From an uncultured Gemmatimonadaceae bacterium (GTDB taxonomy: Bacteria; Gemmatimonadota; Gemmatimonadetes; Gemmatimonadales; Gemmatimonadaceae), in contig CAWAGQ010000003.1 in the NCBI GenBank assembly GCA_963781585.1, positions 318,036 to 382,035 of the forward strand: a stretch of DNA of 64,000 bases, given 5' to 3'. Each line of letters begins with the position of its first letter. Position 1 is the stretch's first letter. The notes beneath the pieces are model-generated. The model saw only the letters and a list, made by a program, of their open reading frames with translations. It ran no database searches and was not told the DNA's origin. This document shows positions 36,839-45,966 of this stretch, in pieces. Made by a program: the position numbers and the translations under genes.

Positions 36839-38827
36839 ATGAACGCCGATCCCGCCCATCTCGGGCAGGGTACTGAGCGGCCACCCGATACGTCGCAGAC
36901 GCAGACGAGCGAGATTCCCCTCCCGCCTGCGCGCGCTCCGGTCGATTCGAATCCCCGCGGCACGCGGCTCGCCGTACTGACGCTCACTGCGCTCGGAGTC
37001 GTCTACGGCGACATCGGCACGAGCCCGCTTTACGCCATCCGCGAGTGCTTCAAGGCGGACTACGGCATCGAACGCACGCCGGCGAACGTGTACGGTGTCC
37101 TGTCGCTGGTATTCTGGTCGCTCATCATGATCGTGAGCGTCAAGTACATCGTCTTCATTCTGCGCGCGAACAACCGCGGCGAGGGCGGGATTCTGGCGCT
37201 GCTGGCGCTCTTTCTCCAGGAACGGCCGCACATTCGCAGCCGCGTGCGGTTCGCGATCTTCGTCGCGTTAGGTCTGTTCGGCGCCGCGCTTCTCTACGGC
37301 GACGGCGTGATTACCCCGGCCATCTCGGTGCTCGGCGCGATGGAAGGGCTGCAGGTCGTGACGCCGATGTTCACCCAGTTCCTGGTCGTGATGTTGTCGC
37401 TGGGCATCCTGTTTGTGCTGTTCCTGTTCCAGAAGCACGGGACAGCCAAGGTGGGCGGGGTGTTCGGGCCGTTGATGCTCATCTGGTTCCTCACCATCGC
37501 CGTCCTCGGCGGCCGTGAGATCGCCCGAGAGCCTCGCATCCTGCTCGCGGCCAACCCGTGGTACGGCATCCAGTTCTTCGTGGTGCACGGCACGGCGGGA
37601 TTCGCCCTGCTGGGCGCTGTAGTCCTGGTGGTCACCGGCGCCGAAGCGCTCTACGCCGACATGGGGCACTTTGGCAAACGCCCCATTCGAGTCGCCTGGT
37701 TCACGATGGTTCTGCCTGCGCTGTTGCTGAACTACTTCGGGCAGGGCGCACTGCTGCTCCGGACGCCGGAAGCCGCAATCAATCCCTTCTATCAGCTGGC
37801 ACCGCGCTGGTTTCTGGGCCCGCTGATCGTCATCGCCACGTTCGCGGCGATCATTGCATCACAGGCGCTTATTTCCGGCGCCTTCTCGCTCACGCGCCAG
37901 TGCGTGCAGCTCGGGTACAGCCCACGGGTCACGATCGTGCACACGTCCAAGAAGGAGGCCGGTCAGATCTACATCCCCGAGGTGAACGCGGCGCTGATGA
38001 TCGGCTGCCTGCTCATCGTCCTCGGATTCGGATCCTCCACGGCGCTTGGTGCCGCATACGGCATCGCGGTCACCGGCACGATGTCGATCACGACCGTGCT
38101 CTTCTACGTGATCTCGCGCACCCGGTGGCACTGGCCGGCCTCCCGCGCCGTGTCGCTTGCCGCGTTGTTCCTCACGGTGGACCTGGCGTTCTTCGTGGCG
38201 AATCTCGGCAAGGTGGAGCAGAAGGGGTGGGTACCGCTGGCGATCGGGCTCGGGGTGTTCATCCTGATGACCACCTGGAAGCGGGGACGCGAACACCTCC
38301 GCGCCATCATGATGGAGCGCTCGCTGCCGATCGAGGAGCTGCTCGCGAGCCTCGATCGCGGGACGCCGGTGCGCGTTCCCGGCACCGCGATCTTCATGAC
38401 GTCGGAGGCCGAGGGCACGCCGGTAGTGCTCCTGCACCACTTGAAGCACAACAAGGTGCTGCATGAGCAGGTGATTCTGCTTTCCATCATTGGTCGCGAA
38501 GTCCCCGAGGTCGCGGCAAGCGAGCGCCTGACGATCGAGCCGCTGTCGCACGGATTCTATCGGGTACGGGCGTTTTACGGCTTCATGCAGACGCCTCGCG
38601 TGGAGGAGCTGCGCTGGCGATGCGTGGAAGCGGGGATCAAGGCGCGGCGCATGGACACGACCTACTACCTCGGGCGCGAGCAGCTCATACCCGTCGGAAG
38701 TACCGGGATGGCGCGCTGGAGAAAACGGCTGTTCGCGATCATGGCCAGGAACGCACGCTCGGCCACCCAGTTCTTCGAGATTCCGCCCAATCGGGTGGTC
38801 GAGCTGGGGGCACAGATCGAATTCTGA
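36839..38827 (+). CDS. kup: Potassium transporter Kup
   Basis: LGVVYGDIGTSPLY, NRGEGG, YGDGVITPAISVL, GAEALYADMGHFG, GQIYIPEVN, AYGIAVTG, RVVELGAQIEF. Confidence 0.98.
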   Translation: MNADPAHLGQGTERPPDTSQTQTSEIPLPPARAPVDSNPRGTRLAVLTLTALGVVYGDIGTSPLYAIRECFKADYGIERTPANVYGVLSLVFWSLIMIVSVKYIVFILRANNRGEGGILALLALFLQERPHIRSRVRFAIFVALGLFGAALLYGDGVITPAISVLGAMEGLQVVTPMFTQFLVVMLSLGILFVLFLFQKHGTAKVGGVFGPLMLIWFLTIAVLGGREIAREPRILLAANPWYGIQFFVVHGTAGFALLGAVVLVVTGAEALYADMGHFGKRPIRVAWFTMVLPALLLNYFGQGALLLRTPEAAINPFYQLAPRWFLGPLIVIATFAAIIASQALISGAFSLTRQCVQLGYSPRVTIVHTSKKEAGQIYIPEVNAALMIGCLLIVLGFGSSTALGAAYGIAVTGTMSITTVLFYVISRTRWHWPASRAVSLAALFLTVDLAFFVANLGKVEQKGWVPLAIGLGVFILMTTWKRGREHLRAIMMERSLPIEELLASLDRGTPVRVPGTAIFMTSEAEGTPVVLLHHLKHNKVLHEQVILLSIIGREVPEVAASERLTIEPLSHGFYRVRAFYGFMQTPRVEELRWRCVEAGIKARRMDTTYYLGREQLIPVGSTGMARWRKRLFAIMARNARSATQFFEIPPNRVVELGAQIEF

Positions 38828-38913
38828 CGCCCCCTCTCCCGTCCGCTCCGTGCTCCGGCCTTTGGCTGCGCGAACGCGACGGAGCGGCCGGCTGACGATC
38901 GACGCCCGTGGTC

Positions 38914-40362
38914 TCAGCGCTGCAGCGTGATCCTGACGCGTTTGCCGTTGCGCAGGAGCTCGACGAGGTTCGGCCGGCCATTGTGGAAGGACAGGCTGGT
39001 CGAGCCATCAGCCGCACGCACTGGTCGGCCGTCGATCGAGAGGATAACGTCACCGTCGTTTATGCCGCTCCAGCCCGAGCTGGCTGAGAGAACGAGCAGG
39101 CCGTGTTCGCTGCCACGACCGAAGTACGTCGCGAGCTCGCCGTCCACGGGGGCGAGGCTGAGCCCCGGCATCCCGAACCCACCGGCGCCGGCACCTGAGG
39201 GCAGGACCAGAGCGGACCGCGGCCCCGCCGCGGCGAAACCCGCGTGCGCGACCGGCCACTCCGCATTCGTCGACACCATGGTGCCGGCGGCCAACCGCGC
39301 CAGCGCCGGAGCGGGCGTTGACTCCACAGCGCGTAGACGGCGCGCTTGCACCGTGCCCGTCGGAGCCGTGACGATGGTAGCTCCGGGGAGTGGAGCGATC
39401 TGGTTGAGCTGCACTCCCTGACCGGTCCGAACCTTGATGCGCGGGATGGACGGCAGGACGATCGAGGGCCGCATCTGATCGGAGCCTCCGAACGGGAAGA
39501 TCTGACCCGAGACGCCCGAGCCATCGAAGAAGAACGCCGCGTTGGTCCGCGGCAGATCGCGGGCACGGACCGCCTTCACGTGCACCGTGCGCGCCTGTCC
39601 CATGCCGTACACGCGCAGCTCCACGTCGTCTCCGGGCTTCACCTTCTCCATGACGCGGCTGAAGCGATGCTGCCGCGCGTTGCTCGCCACCACGTCGCCC
39701 GCATCCTCCCGCTGCACCCGCAGGTCGGTGCCGTTGACCGCGGCGATCCGGTCGCCCTCGTCGATGCCGGCGTTGGCCGCGGGTCCGCTGTCGGTGACGC
39801 CGACCACCAGGATGCCTAACGTATCACGCCGGCTGCCCGAACCGCCGAGCGAGACGCCCAGGACGCTGCGGTCCTCGAGCGCGGTGCGCATGGCCTGGAC
39901 CGACCGGAGCGCGGGCGTCAGATCCCCGGCCGCGACCAGCGCGGCGCGGACGGTGCGCGTCTGTCCGTCGTGGTACACACGGAGTTCGACCTCCTCTCCG
40001 GCCTTGTGCTTCGCCAGTTCCCGCGTAAGTCGGCGCACCAGCACCCCGCCCATCGCTTCATCCTCCGCGTCCTCGCGCGCCAGCCGGAGACTCACGCCGT
40101 TGACAGAGACCAGGCGATCACCCTCTTCGATTCCCGCCTTGTCCGCCGGTCCGCCTGACGTGACGCTCTGCACCAGAAGGCCCAGCGTGTCACGAGCGCC
40201 GCTGGAGCCCGTCGTCACCCCCAGCATGGGTCGGTCGCGATCACCGGCCATCAGACTGTAGGCGCGCGCCGCGGGCGCCGGTGCCTGACCGCCCAGCCGC
40301 TCGTTCGGCGCCACAAGAACCGCCAGGGTGCCGCAGGCGGCCACCATCACCGAAATACGCAT
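38914..40362 (-). CDS. Secreted protein with three PDZ domains
   Basis: Signal peptide; two similar PDZ units (GPA.KAGIEEGDRL.SVNG / GPAANAGIDEGDRIAAVNG) plus a C-terminal PDZ (GINDGDVILSIDG); no protease domain seen. Confidence 0.85.
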   Translation of the reverse strand: MRISVMVAACGTLAVLVAPNERLGGQAPAPAARAYSLMAGDRDRPMLGVTTGSSGARDTLGLLVQSVTSGGPADKAGIEEGDRLVSVNGVSLRLAREDAEDEAMGGVLVRRLTRELAKHKAGEEVELRVYHDGQTRTVRAALVAAGDLTPALRSVQAMRTALEDRSVLGVSLGGSGSRRDTLGILVVGVTDSGPAANAGIDEGDRIAAVNGTDLRVQREDAGDVVASNARQHRFSRVMEKVKPGDDVELRVYGMGQARTVHVKAVRARDLPRTNAAFFFDGSGVSGQIFPFGGSDQMRPSIVLPSIPRIKVRTGQGVQLNQIAPLPGATIVTAPTGTVQARRLRAVESTPAPALARLAAGTMVSTNAEWPVAHAGFAAAGPRSALVLPSGAGAGGFGMPGLSLAPVDGELATYFGRGSEHGLLVLSASSGWSGINDGDVILSIDGRPVRAADGSTSLSFHNGRPNLVELLRNGKRVRITLQR

Positions 40363-40470
40363 GAGATCCGGATTCCTTGTTGCGGTCTAACCGGTAAGTC
40401 ACGCCGGCGCTGATGAGGGTTGCCGACGCGCCGCTGCCCCTTCCCTCGTCGTCGTCACATTATTCGAGTC

Positions 40471-41634
40471 ATGTCATCGACACCTGTCGCACCGGCGCCC
40501 ATACCCCTGCCGGCGCCCGATATCGACGCCTTCAGCGAGCACTGGCAGGACGAGAGCGACGCAGCCTACCTGTACGGCATCCTCGCCGACCTCGAGCACG
40601 ATGCGCAGCGCGCGGAGATCTTTCGCCGGCTTCGCGAGATCGAACAGCAGCACGCCGGCATCTGGGAACGGCTCCTTCTCGAATACGGACGACCGCCCGG
40701 TTCCTTCCGACCTTCGACGCGCGCCCGTCTGCTGGCCATGATGGGCCGGCGATTCGGAGGCTCATCCCTCCTGTCGATCCTGCTCCGTGAGGAAGGCCGC
40801 GAAGTCAAGGCATACCTGCAGATGCATCGCGCGACGCCGCACGATACCGCCGGACGTCCGGAGGCACTCCAGCTGGCGCGCGAGAGCGCGCAGCACGCCA
40901 CCCAACTCGCGGAGCTGTCCGGCACCTCGGGCGAGGGCGAGCCGTGGCACCGCACGGCGTCGGGCGGCTTCCTTCGCAACGTCGTATATGGATTCAACGA
41001 CGGTCTGACAGCCAATTTCGGGTTGGTGGCTGGTGTCCTGGGAGCCACCGCGACGCAGCAGCACCAGGCGATACTCGTGGCCGGCCTCGCCGGCCTGATC
41101 GCCGATGCCCTGTCGATGGGTTCGAGCGGGTATCTCGCCGCGAAGAGCGAACAGGAAGTCTACGAGCACGAGATCGCCACCGAGCGTGACGAGATCGCGA
41201 TGATGCCCGAGCTCGAGCGCGACGAACTCGCCCTGATCTACGAAGCGAAGGGAATGCCTCGCGACGCGGCGCTCTCGCTGGCCAACGACGCGCTTCTCGA
41301 CCCGGAGCGCATGCTCGAGGAGAAAGTCCGCACCGAGCTGGGGATCGGGGCACACACCAGCTCACCATTGCGTGAGGGGTGGATTACCGGCGTGGCGACC
41401 GCGTTCGGCGCCTTCATTCCGGTCTTCCCGTTCTTTCTGTTCAACGGCGGCACGGCAATCATCGTGGCCTTCACGGTCGCCATGTCCACCCACTTCCTGG
41501 TCGGCGCAGCGCGGTCGGTATTTACCGGCCGCAGTCTCATCCGCTCCGGATTCGACATGTTCGTGGTGGGGTTTGGCGTCGCGGCGGTAGGCTACTTCGC
41601 CGGGGAATGGATCAGCCGCTGGGTAGCTCGCTGA
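40471..41634 (+). CDS. VIT1/CCC1 family transporter with ferritin/rubrerythrin-like N-domain
   Basis: E..AAYLY..E..H N-domain; LRNVVYGFNDGL, ALSMGSSGYL, ERDELALIY, FGAFIPVFPF. Confidence 0.92.
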   Translation: MSSTPVAPAPIPLPAPDIDAFSEHWQDESDAAYLYGILADLEHDAQRAEIFRRLREIEQQHAGIWERLLLEYGRPPGSFRPSTRARLLAMMGRRFGGSSLLSILLREEGREVKAYLQMHRATPHDTAGRPEALQLARESAQHATQLAELSGTSGEGEPWHRTASGGFLRNVVYGFNDGLTANFGLVAGVLGATATQQHQAILVAGLAGLIADALSMGSSGYLAAKSEQEVYEHEIATERDEIAMMPELERDELALIYEAKGMPRDAALSLANDALLDPERMLEEKVRTELGIGAHTSSPLREGWITGVATAFGAFIPVFPFFLFNGGTAIIVAFTVAMSTHFLVGAARSVFTGRSLIRSGFDMFVVGFGVAAVGYFAGEWISRWVAR

Positions 41635-42603
41635 TCAGTCCGGGATTCCCCCCTCCAGGATTCGCGCCAGTCTCGCGGCATCGAGGTTCCCGCCGGACAC
41701 AACGCACACCACGGTACCGGAGACCGCGCCGGTGAGCGCCGCCGCGACCGAGGCCGCCCCGGCGCCTTCGGCAACCACGCGCGCGCGCTGAATCAGCAGA
41801 CGGATGGACGACGCGATCGCGGCGAGCGACACAACGATGGAGTCGTGGAGCAGGACCCTGGCGAGGGGCCAGATATCGGGAAGCACGCTCTTGCCGCTGA
41901 TACCGTCGACGAAGCTGGGGTGATGCGCCACGGCGCGGGGTTCACCCGCGTCGAGCGACGCGCGCAGCGGAGCGGCAGTCTCGACCTCGGCGGCGTAGAC
42001 CCTGGACTCCGGTTGCAGGGCACGGATCGCCGCGGCAATTCCGCAACTCAGGCCGCCGCCGCCATACGGCACGACGATCGCATCCACATGCGGGAGGTCC
42101 TCGAGGATCTCGAGACCAATGGTGCCATTCCCGGCAATCACGTCGGCGTTTACCACCGGGTGAATGAATACGCCGGGAACGCCGCGCGTATCGTGCGACA
42201 TGATGACGTCCCACCATTCCTGGAACGGAACACGGATGATTTCGCCGCCGAGCCGCTCGACGGCCTCGGTCTTGGCTGCGGGCGCTCGATCGGGAACGAT
42301 CACGCGACACGGCACGCCGAGTCGGCGAGCACACCACGCAACACCCTGCGCCATGTTGCCCGCGCTCGCGGTGCAGACTCCCTGCGCCAGCTCCTGCGCC
42401 GTCAGTCGTGCCATGGCGTTTCCCGCGCCCCGCAGCTTGAACGAGCCGATGGGCTGGAGATTCTCGAGCTTGAGCCAGAGGTCGGCTGGCGCGTCGTCCA
42501 CCGCCAGTCGCAGGAGCGGCGTCCGGATTGCAACGCCGTCAATGCGCGACCGGGCATCATGGATCGCTGCGAGCGACGGCGGACCGGCCAATCGCGCGGT
42601 CAC
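41635..42603 (-). CDS. PLP-dependent threonine/serine dehydratase family protein
   Basis: LKLENLQPIGSFKLRGA, ASAGN, GGGGLSCG, EGAGAA, VSGGN. Confidence 0.93.
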   Translation of the reverse strand: MTARLAGPPSLAAIHDARSRIDGVAIRTPLLRLAVDDAPADLWLKLENLQPIGSFKLRGAGNAMARLTAQELAQGVCTASAGNMAQGVAWCARRLGVPCRVIVPDRAPAAKTEAVERLGGEIIRVPFQEWWDVIMSHDTRGVPGVFIHPVVNADVIAGNGTIGLEILEDLPHVDAIVVPYGGGGLSCGIAAAIRALQPESRVYAAEVETAAPLRASLDAGEPRAVAHHPSFVDGISGKSVLPDIWPLARVLLHDSIVVSLAAIASSIRLLIQRARVVAEGAGAASVAAALTGAVSGTVVCVVSGGNLDAARLARILEGGIPD

Positions 42604-42639
42604 CTCACCCTCCCAACCCGGGCGGCGCCTCGCCGGCCT

Positions 42640-43662
42640 TCACTCCGCATGCCGCAGGCCCCCGAGGGAGACCCAGATCCCGGTGCCGAGTGCGACGCTC
42701 TTCTCGTAAATGTGCCTGGCAGCCGCAACGTCCTCGAGGGCGAGGCCCAGTGACTTGAACAGGGTGATGTCGGCCGGGTTCTCGCGGGCCGGGACGGCCC
42801 CGGTCAGTACGTCGGAGAGTTCGCCTTGAACGTGGTCGTCGGTGATGGCGCCTTCGGCGCGCGGTATGAGAAACTCGCCGGCCTCGCTCACCAGCGACTC
42901 GCGGCGATCGGCGAACAGTCTCGAGCGCCGTACACCTTCGGTATCGATCTCGCGTGCGGACGGGAGGGCCGCTCCCACCGCGTTGATGTGGGCTCCGGGA
43001 GCGATCCACCGCCCTTCCAGCACCGGCTCTCGCGACGCCGTCACGGTGCAGATGATGTCGGCGCCGTCCACTGCGGCCTGCGCGCTCCCACACGCGTCGA
43101 TCTTGATTCCAAATCGGGCGGCCGCCCGGCTGGCGAAGGTCGTCGCCCGGGTGCGGGATCGGCTCCAGACGCGCACGCGCCGGATGTCGCGGACGCACGT
43201 CATCGCCTCGAGGTGCGTCATGGCCTGCACGCCGGCTCCCAGGAGCGCGAGGTGTCCCGCCCGGGGAACGGCCAGCAGGCGCGTGGCCAGTCCCGATACC
43301 GCCGCAGTCCGGATGGCGGTGATCGAACTCGCATCCATGATGGCGAGCAGGAGCCCGCGTTCGGTGTCGAACAGGAGCACCACGCCCATGTGCGACTCGT
43401 ATGGCGTGGCGTCGTTGCCCGGGAACACGGTGATGACCTTCGCGCCCAGGGCCGCCGCCCGACCGCCCGCGCGCCGGGTGCCCAGAAGGCCGGGCATCAG
43501 CGCGAAGAGATTGGGAGAGTCCGGAAGGCGCATCACCTGTCGGAGTGGCTGAATACCCTCACCGCGACCGAGCGCGAGAAAGACGTCGGCCATGGCGTCG
43601 ATGCATTCGGCCATGGGCAGCAGTCCCACGACTTCGCGATGAGAGACGACGAGCGTGCGCAT
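42640..43662 (-). CDS. Ornithine cyclodeaminase / mu-crystallin family protein
   Basis: KVITVFPGN, ITAIRTAAVS, LGAGVQA, GAHINAVGA, LFKSLGLALEDVAAA. Confidence 0.93.
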   Translation of the reverse strand: MRTLVVSHREVVGLLPMAECIDAMADVFLALGRGEGIQPLRQVMRLPDSPNLFALMPGLLGTRRAGGRAAALGAKVITVFPGNDATPYESHMGVVLLFDTERGLLLAIMDASSITAIRTAAVSGLATRLLAVPRAGHLALLGAGVQAMTHLEAMTCVRDIRRVRVWSRSRTRATTFASRAAARFGIKIDACGSAQAAVDGADIICTVTASREPVLEGRWIAPGAHINAVGAALPSAREIDTEGVRRSRLFADRRESLVSEAGEFLIPRAEGAITDDHVQGELSDVLTGAVPARENPADITLFKSLGLALEDVAAARHIYEKSVALGTGIWVSLGGLRHAE

Positions 43663-43988
43663 GTGGCGGCGGCTCGATAGTCGGGGGTTCGGGGGGGATT
43701 CCAGGCGCCTTCGTCCGGGAGCGGGAAGATGTGTCACTTCGCGCGGATCCGCATCCCGGCCGACTCGTATCGCGACCGTCGCCGACCGCGCACCGAACGC
43801 GTCGAAATCGCCAGCGGCCTCCTCAGGGGGCGACGCGGTCCAGGTGCAACCGCTGCGACACGGGCTGAAATGCGAGTCGGCCATACCTCGCCGGCCCCAC
43901 TGTCACCGTGGCATTATTGGTCCCTGCAATATTCTGTCCGTTGAGACGGATCTGGCCGCACCTGCTTCCCGCACAAGGAGTCGCAATC

Positions 43989-44822
43989 ATGGAACATCGC
44001 TTTGTCCTTGTGGTCGCCGCGCTGACGCTGACAGCCTGCACCGCCAAGGAGACCAAGCAGGCCGACACGACCGCACCGCCGGCGCCTAACGTCGTGACCA
44101 TTACCGCGAAGGACTTTGCGTTCGAGGCCCCCGATTCCATTCCCGCCGGCGTAACCACGATCCGGCTGGTGAACCAGGGCCCCAGCCTCCACCATGCGCA
44201 ACTGATTCGCTTCGATCAGGGGAAGACGCTCGACGATTTCATGGCGGCGATCAAGGCGGGCGGGCCACCACCCATGTGGGCGATCCCGGTTGGGGGTCCG
44301 AATCCTCCGGCACCCGGCGCCGAGGCGAGCATCACCGAGACACTCGAGGTCGGGAGCTACGCGGTCGTCTGCTTCGTGGACGTTCCGGACCACGTCCCGC
44401 ACGTCATGAAGGGGATGTCGCACGCGTTCGTGGTGACGCCGTCGGCGGCGATGGCCGCGGAACCGACCCCGGACGTGAACTTGCAGCTGGTCGATTACAC
44501 CTTCACGTTCACCCCTGCGCTGACGGCCGGGAAGCACGTGATCCGCGTGGATAACGCTGCGCAGCAACCGCATGAGTTCTTCATCGCCAAACTGGACAGT
44601 GGCAGGACGATCGCCGATCTGGAGAAGTGGGCGGAAACCTACAAAGGGCCGCCGCCGGCGTTGCCGATGGGCGGCCTGGCCGCGATCGCGCCCGGGATGC
44701 ACGGGTTCGTGAACATCGATCTCCCGGCCGGCGACTACGCGCTGCTGTGTTTCGTGTCGGATGCGAAGGACGGCAAACCACACATGATGCACGGGATGGC
44801 GCAGCAGATCAAGGTGTCGTGA
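43989..44822 (+). CDS. Lipoprotein with two cupredoxin-like domains
   Basis: Lipobox LTAC, RBS AAGGAG; duplicated D(F/Y).F..N....H..G.Y...CFV.......H...GM motif. Confidence 0.82.
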   Translation: MEHRFVLVVAALTLTACTAKETKQADTTAPPAPNVVTITAKDFAFEAPDSIPAGVTTIRLVNQGPSLHHAQLIRFDQGKTLDDFMAAIKAGGPPPMWAIPVGGPNPPAPGAEASITETLEVGSYAVVCFVDVPDHVPHVMKGMSHAFVVTPSAAMAAEPTPDVNLQLVDYTFTFTPALTAGKHVIRVDNAAQQPHEFFIAKLDSGRTIADLEKWAETYKGPPPALPMGGLAAIAPGMHGFVNIDLPAGDYALLCFVSDAKDGKPHMMHGMAQQIKVS

Positions 44823-44832
44823 GGCAGCAGGG

Positions 44833-44880
44833 ATCAGCCGTCGGCGATCATCGGGGTCAGCGGCCGGCGAATGGGCAGCG
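44833..44880. repeat. Degenerate heptamer tract (RTCRGCS)
   Basis: ATCAGCC GTCGGCG ATCATCG .. GTCAGCG GCCGGCG .. GGCAGCG shortly after a stop codon; register broken twice. Confidence 0.4.
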
Positions 44881-44962
44881 ATCGCGAGCTGCAGCCCATA
44901 CCCGCCGAGGAGCATCGAGCCACAAGTCGGAGATCGATCGCGCCTCCGGATCCCTCCGGTGC

Positions 44963-45015
44963 CGAATGAACCCAGGCCCGCGAGCGTGCATCGCTCGCGG
45001 GCCTCGGTTCATTCG
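44963..45015. terminator. Long hairpin between convergent genes
   Basis: CGAATGAACC-C-AGGCCCGCGAGCG-TGCAT-CGCTCGCGGGCCT-C-GGTTCATTCG, 24-bp arms with one mismatch. Confidence 0.75.
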
Positions 45016-45031
45016 CGTTCCCTGCGCCCAG

Positions 45032-45724
45032 CTACCCCGCGTAGCAGTAGCTGCAGTTGCCCGCCTTCTGCGCACGGTGCACCGCCAGAACACCCGACGG
45101 CACGAGGTAGCTACCGGGGAGCATGTTGGCGGTCCACTCCTTGTATGCCGCGTCCGGGGTCATCGTGAGTCCGGCCGCTTTGGCCGCCATGCCCGAGAGA
45201 ACGGTGGTGGCGAGATTGCAGACCGTGACCACGGCGCCGTTCTTCACCTGCTCGCCGATCGACGCGCCGGCGAACATCAGGTCGCCGGTGGCTTCACTGT
45301 TCATGAAATTCCGCGCCGACGCCATCTTGGTTTTCGGGTCGTTGATCTTGAAGAACTCTCCCAGCTTGTACTTCTTCCAGATCATGTCGTTGAAGGCCGG
45401 GGCGATCGAGAAATGGCGCAGCCCGATCACCGCGCACACGTCGGCGTTGGCGAGCTTGTAGGTGTCCTTCATGGTCTTCGTCCAGTTGAAGGCGAAATAC
45501 TCGCCGAAGCCTTCATTGAACGACGTGGCGTCGAAAAACTGGCGGTACTGGCCGTGCAGGTGCTTGAGCCACTCATCGTCGTCGGCCAGGGACGGCGAGA
45601 TGGAGGACGATGCGGGCATCGCGGCAGCGACGCCCGCGCTCCCGGCGAGAAGGGCGGCCGCGCCTCCCGCCAGACGGCCGAGGAAGGAGCGTCGTGGAGA
45701 GCTGGCAAAGTCCGAGTCGAACAT
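45032..45724 (-). CDS. Tat-exported DsrE-like protein
   Basis: PRRSFLG twin-arginine signal; DEWL, LRH, AFNDMIWKKY, VCNLAT, VPSGVLAVHRAQ..CSYCYAG. Confidence 0.8.
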   Translation of the reverse strand: MFDSDFASSPRRSFLGRLAGGAAALLAGSAGVAAAMPASSSISPSLADDDEWLKHLHGQYRQFFDATSFNEGFGEYFAFNWTKTMKDTYKLANADVCAVIGLRHFSIAPAFNDMIWKKYKLGEFFKINDPKTKMASARNFMNSEATGDLMFAGASIGEQVKNGAVVTVCNLATTVLSGMAAKAAGLTMTPDAAYKEWTANMLPGSYLVPSGVLAVHRAQKAGNCSYCYAG

Positions 45725-45966
45725 TGGCAATACCTCCGTCGCGTCAGGTTTACGCGCGTGCGAGAATACACCACGCCTGCCGGATGTCACCCGGTCGCGA
45801 GCGGTCCGGCACGACGAACCCACGAATCGCCGGTCGGCTGAAAAGGTTCGCGCGCGCGCGACGCCCTAATCGACCGACCACGGGGCCATTCGTCAAGCGA
45901 ACGGTGCCGCGGGACGTGGGCTCGACCTGGCCGGCGGCGCGAAGGCCGCTTGCGACAGCATCGTCA

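Noticed and set aside
43905..43935. Sigma-54 promoter upstream of the cupredoxin gene
   Set aside because: TGGCA is present but there is no GC at the -12 position.
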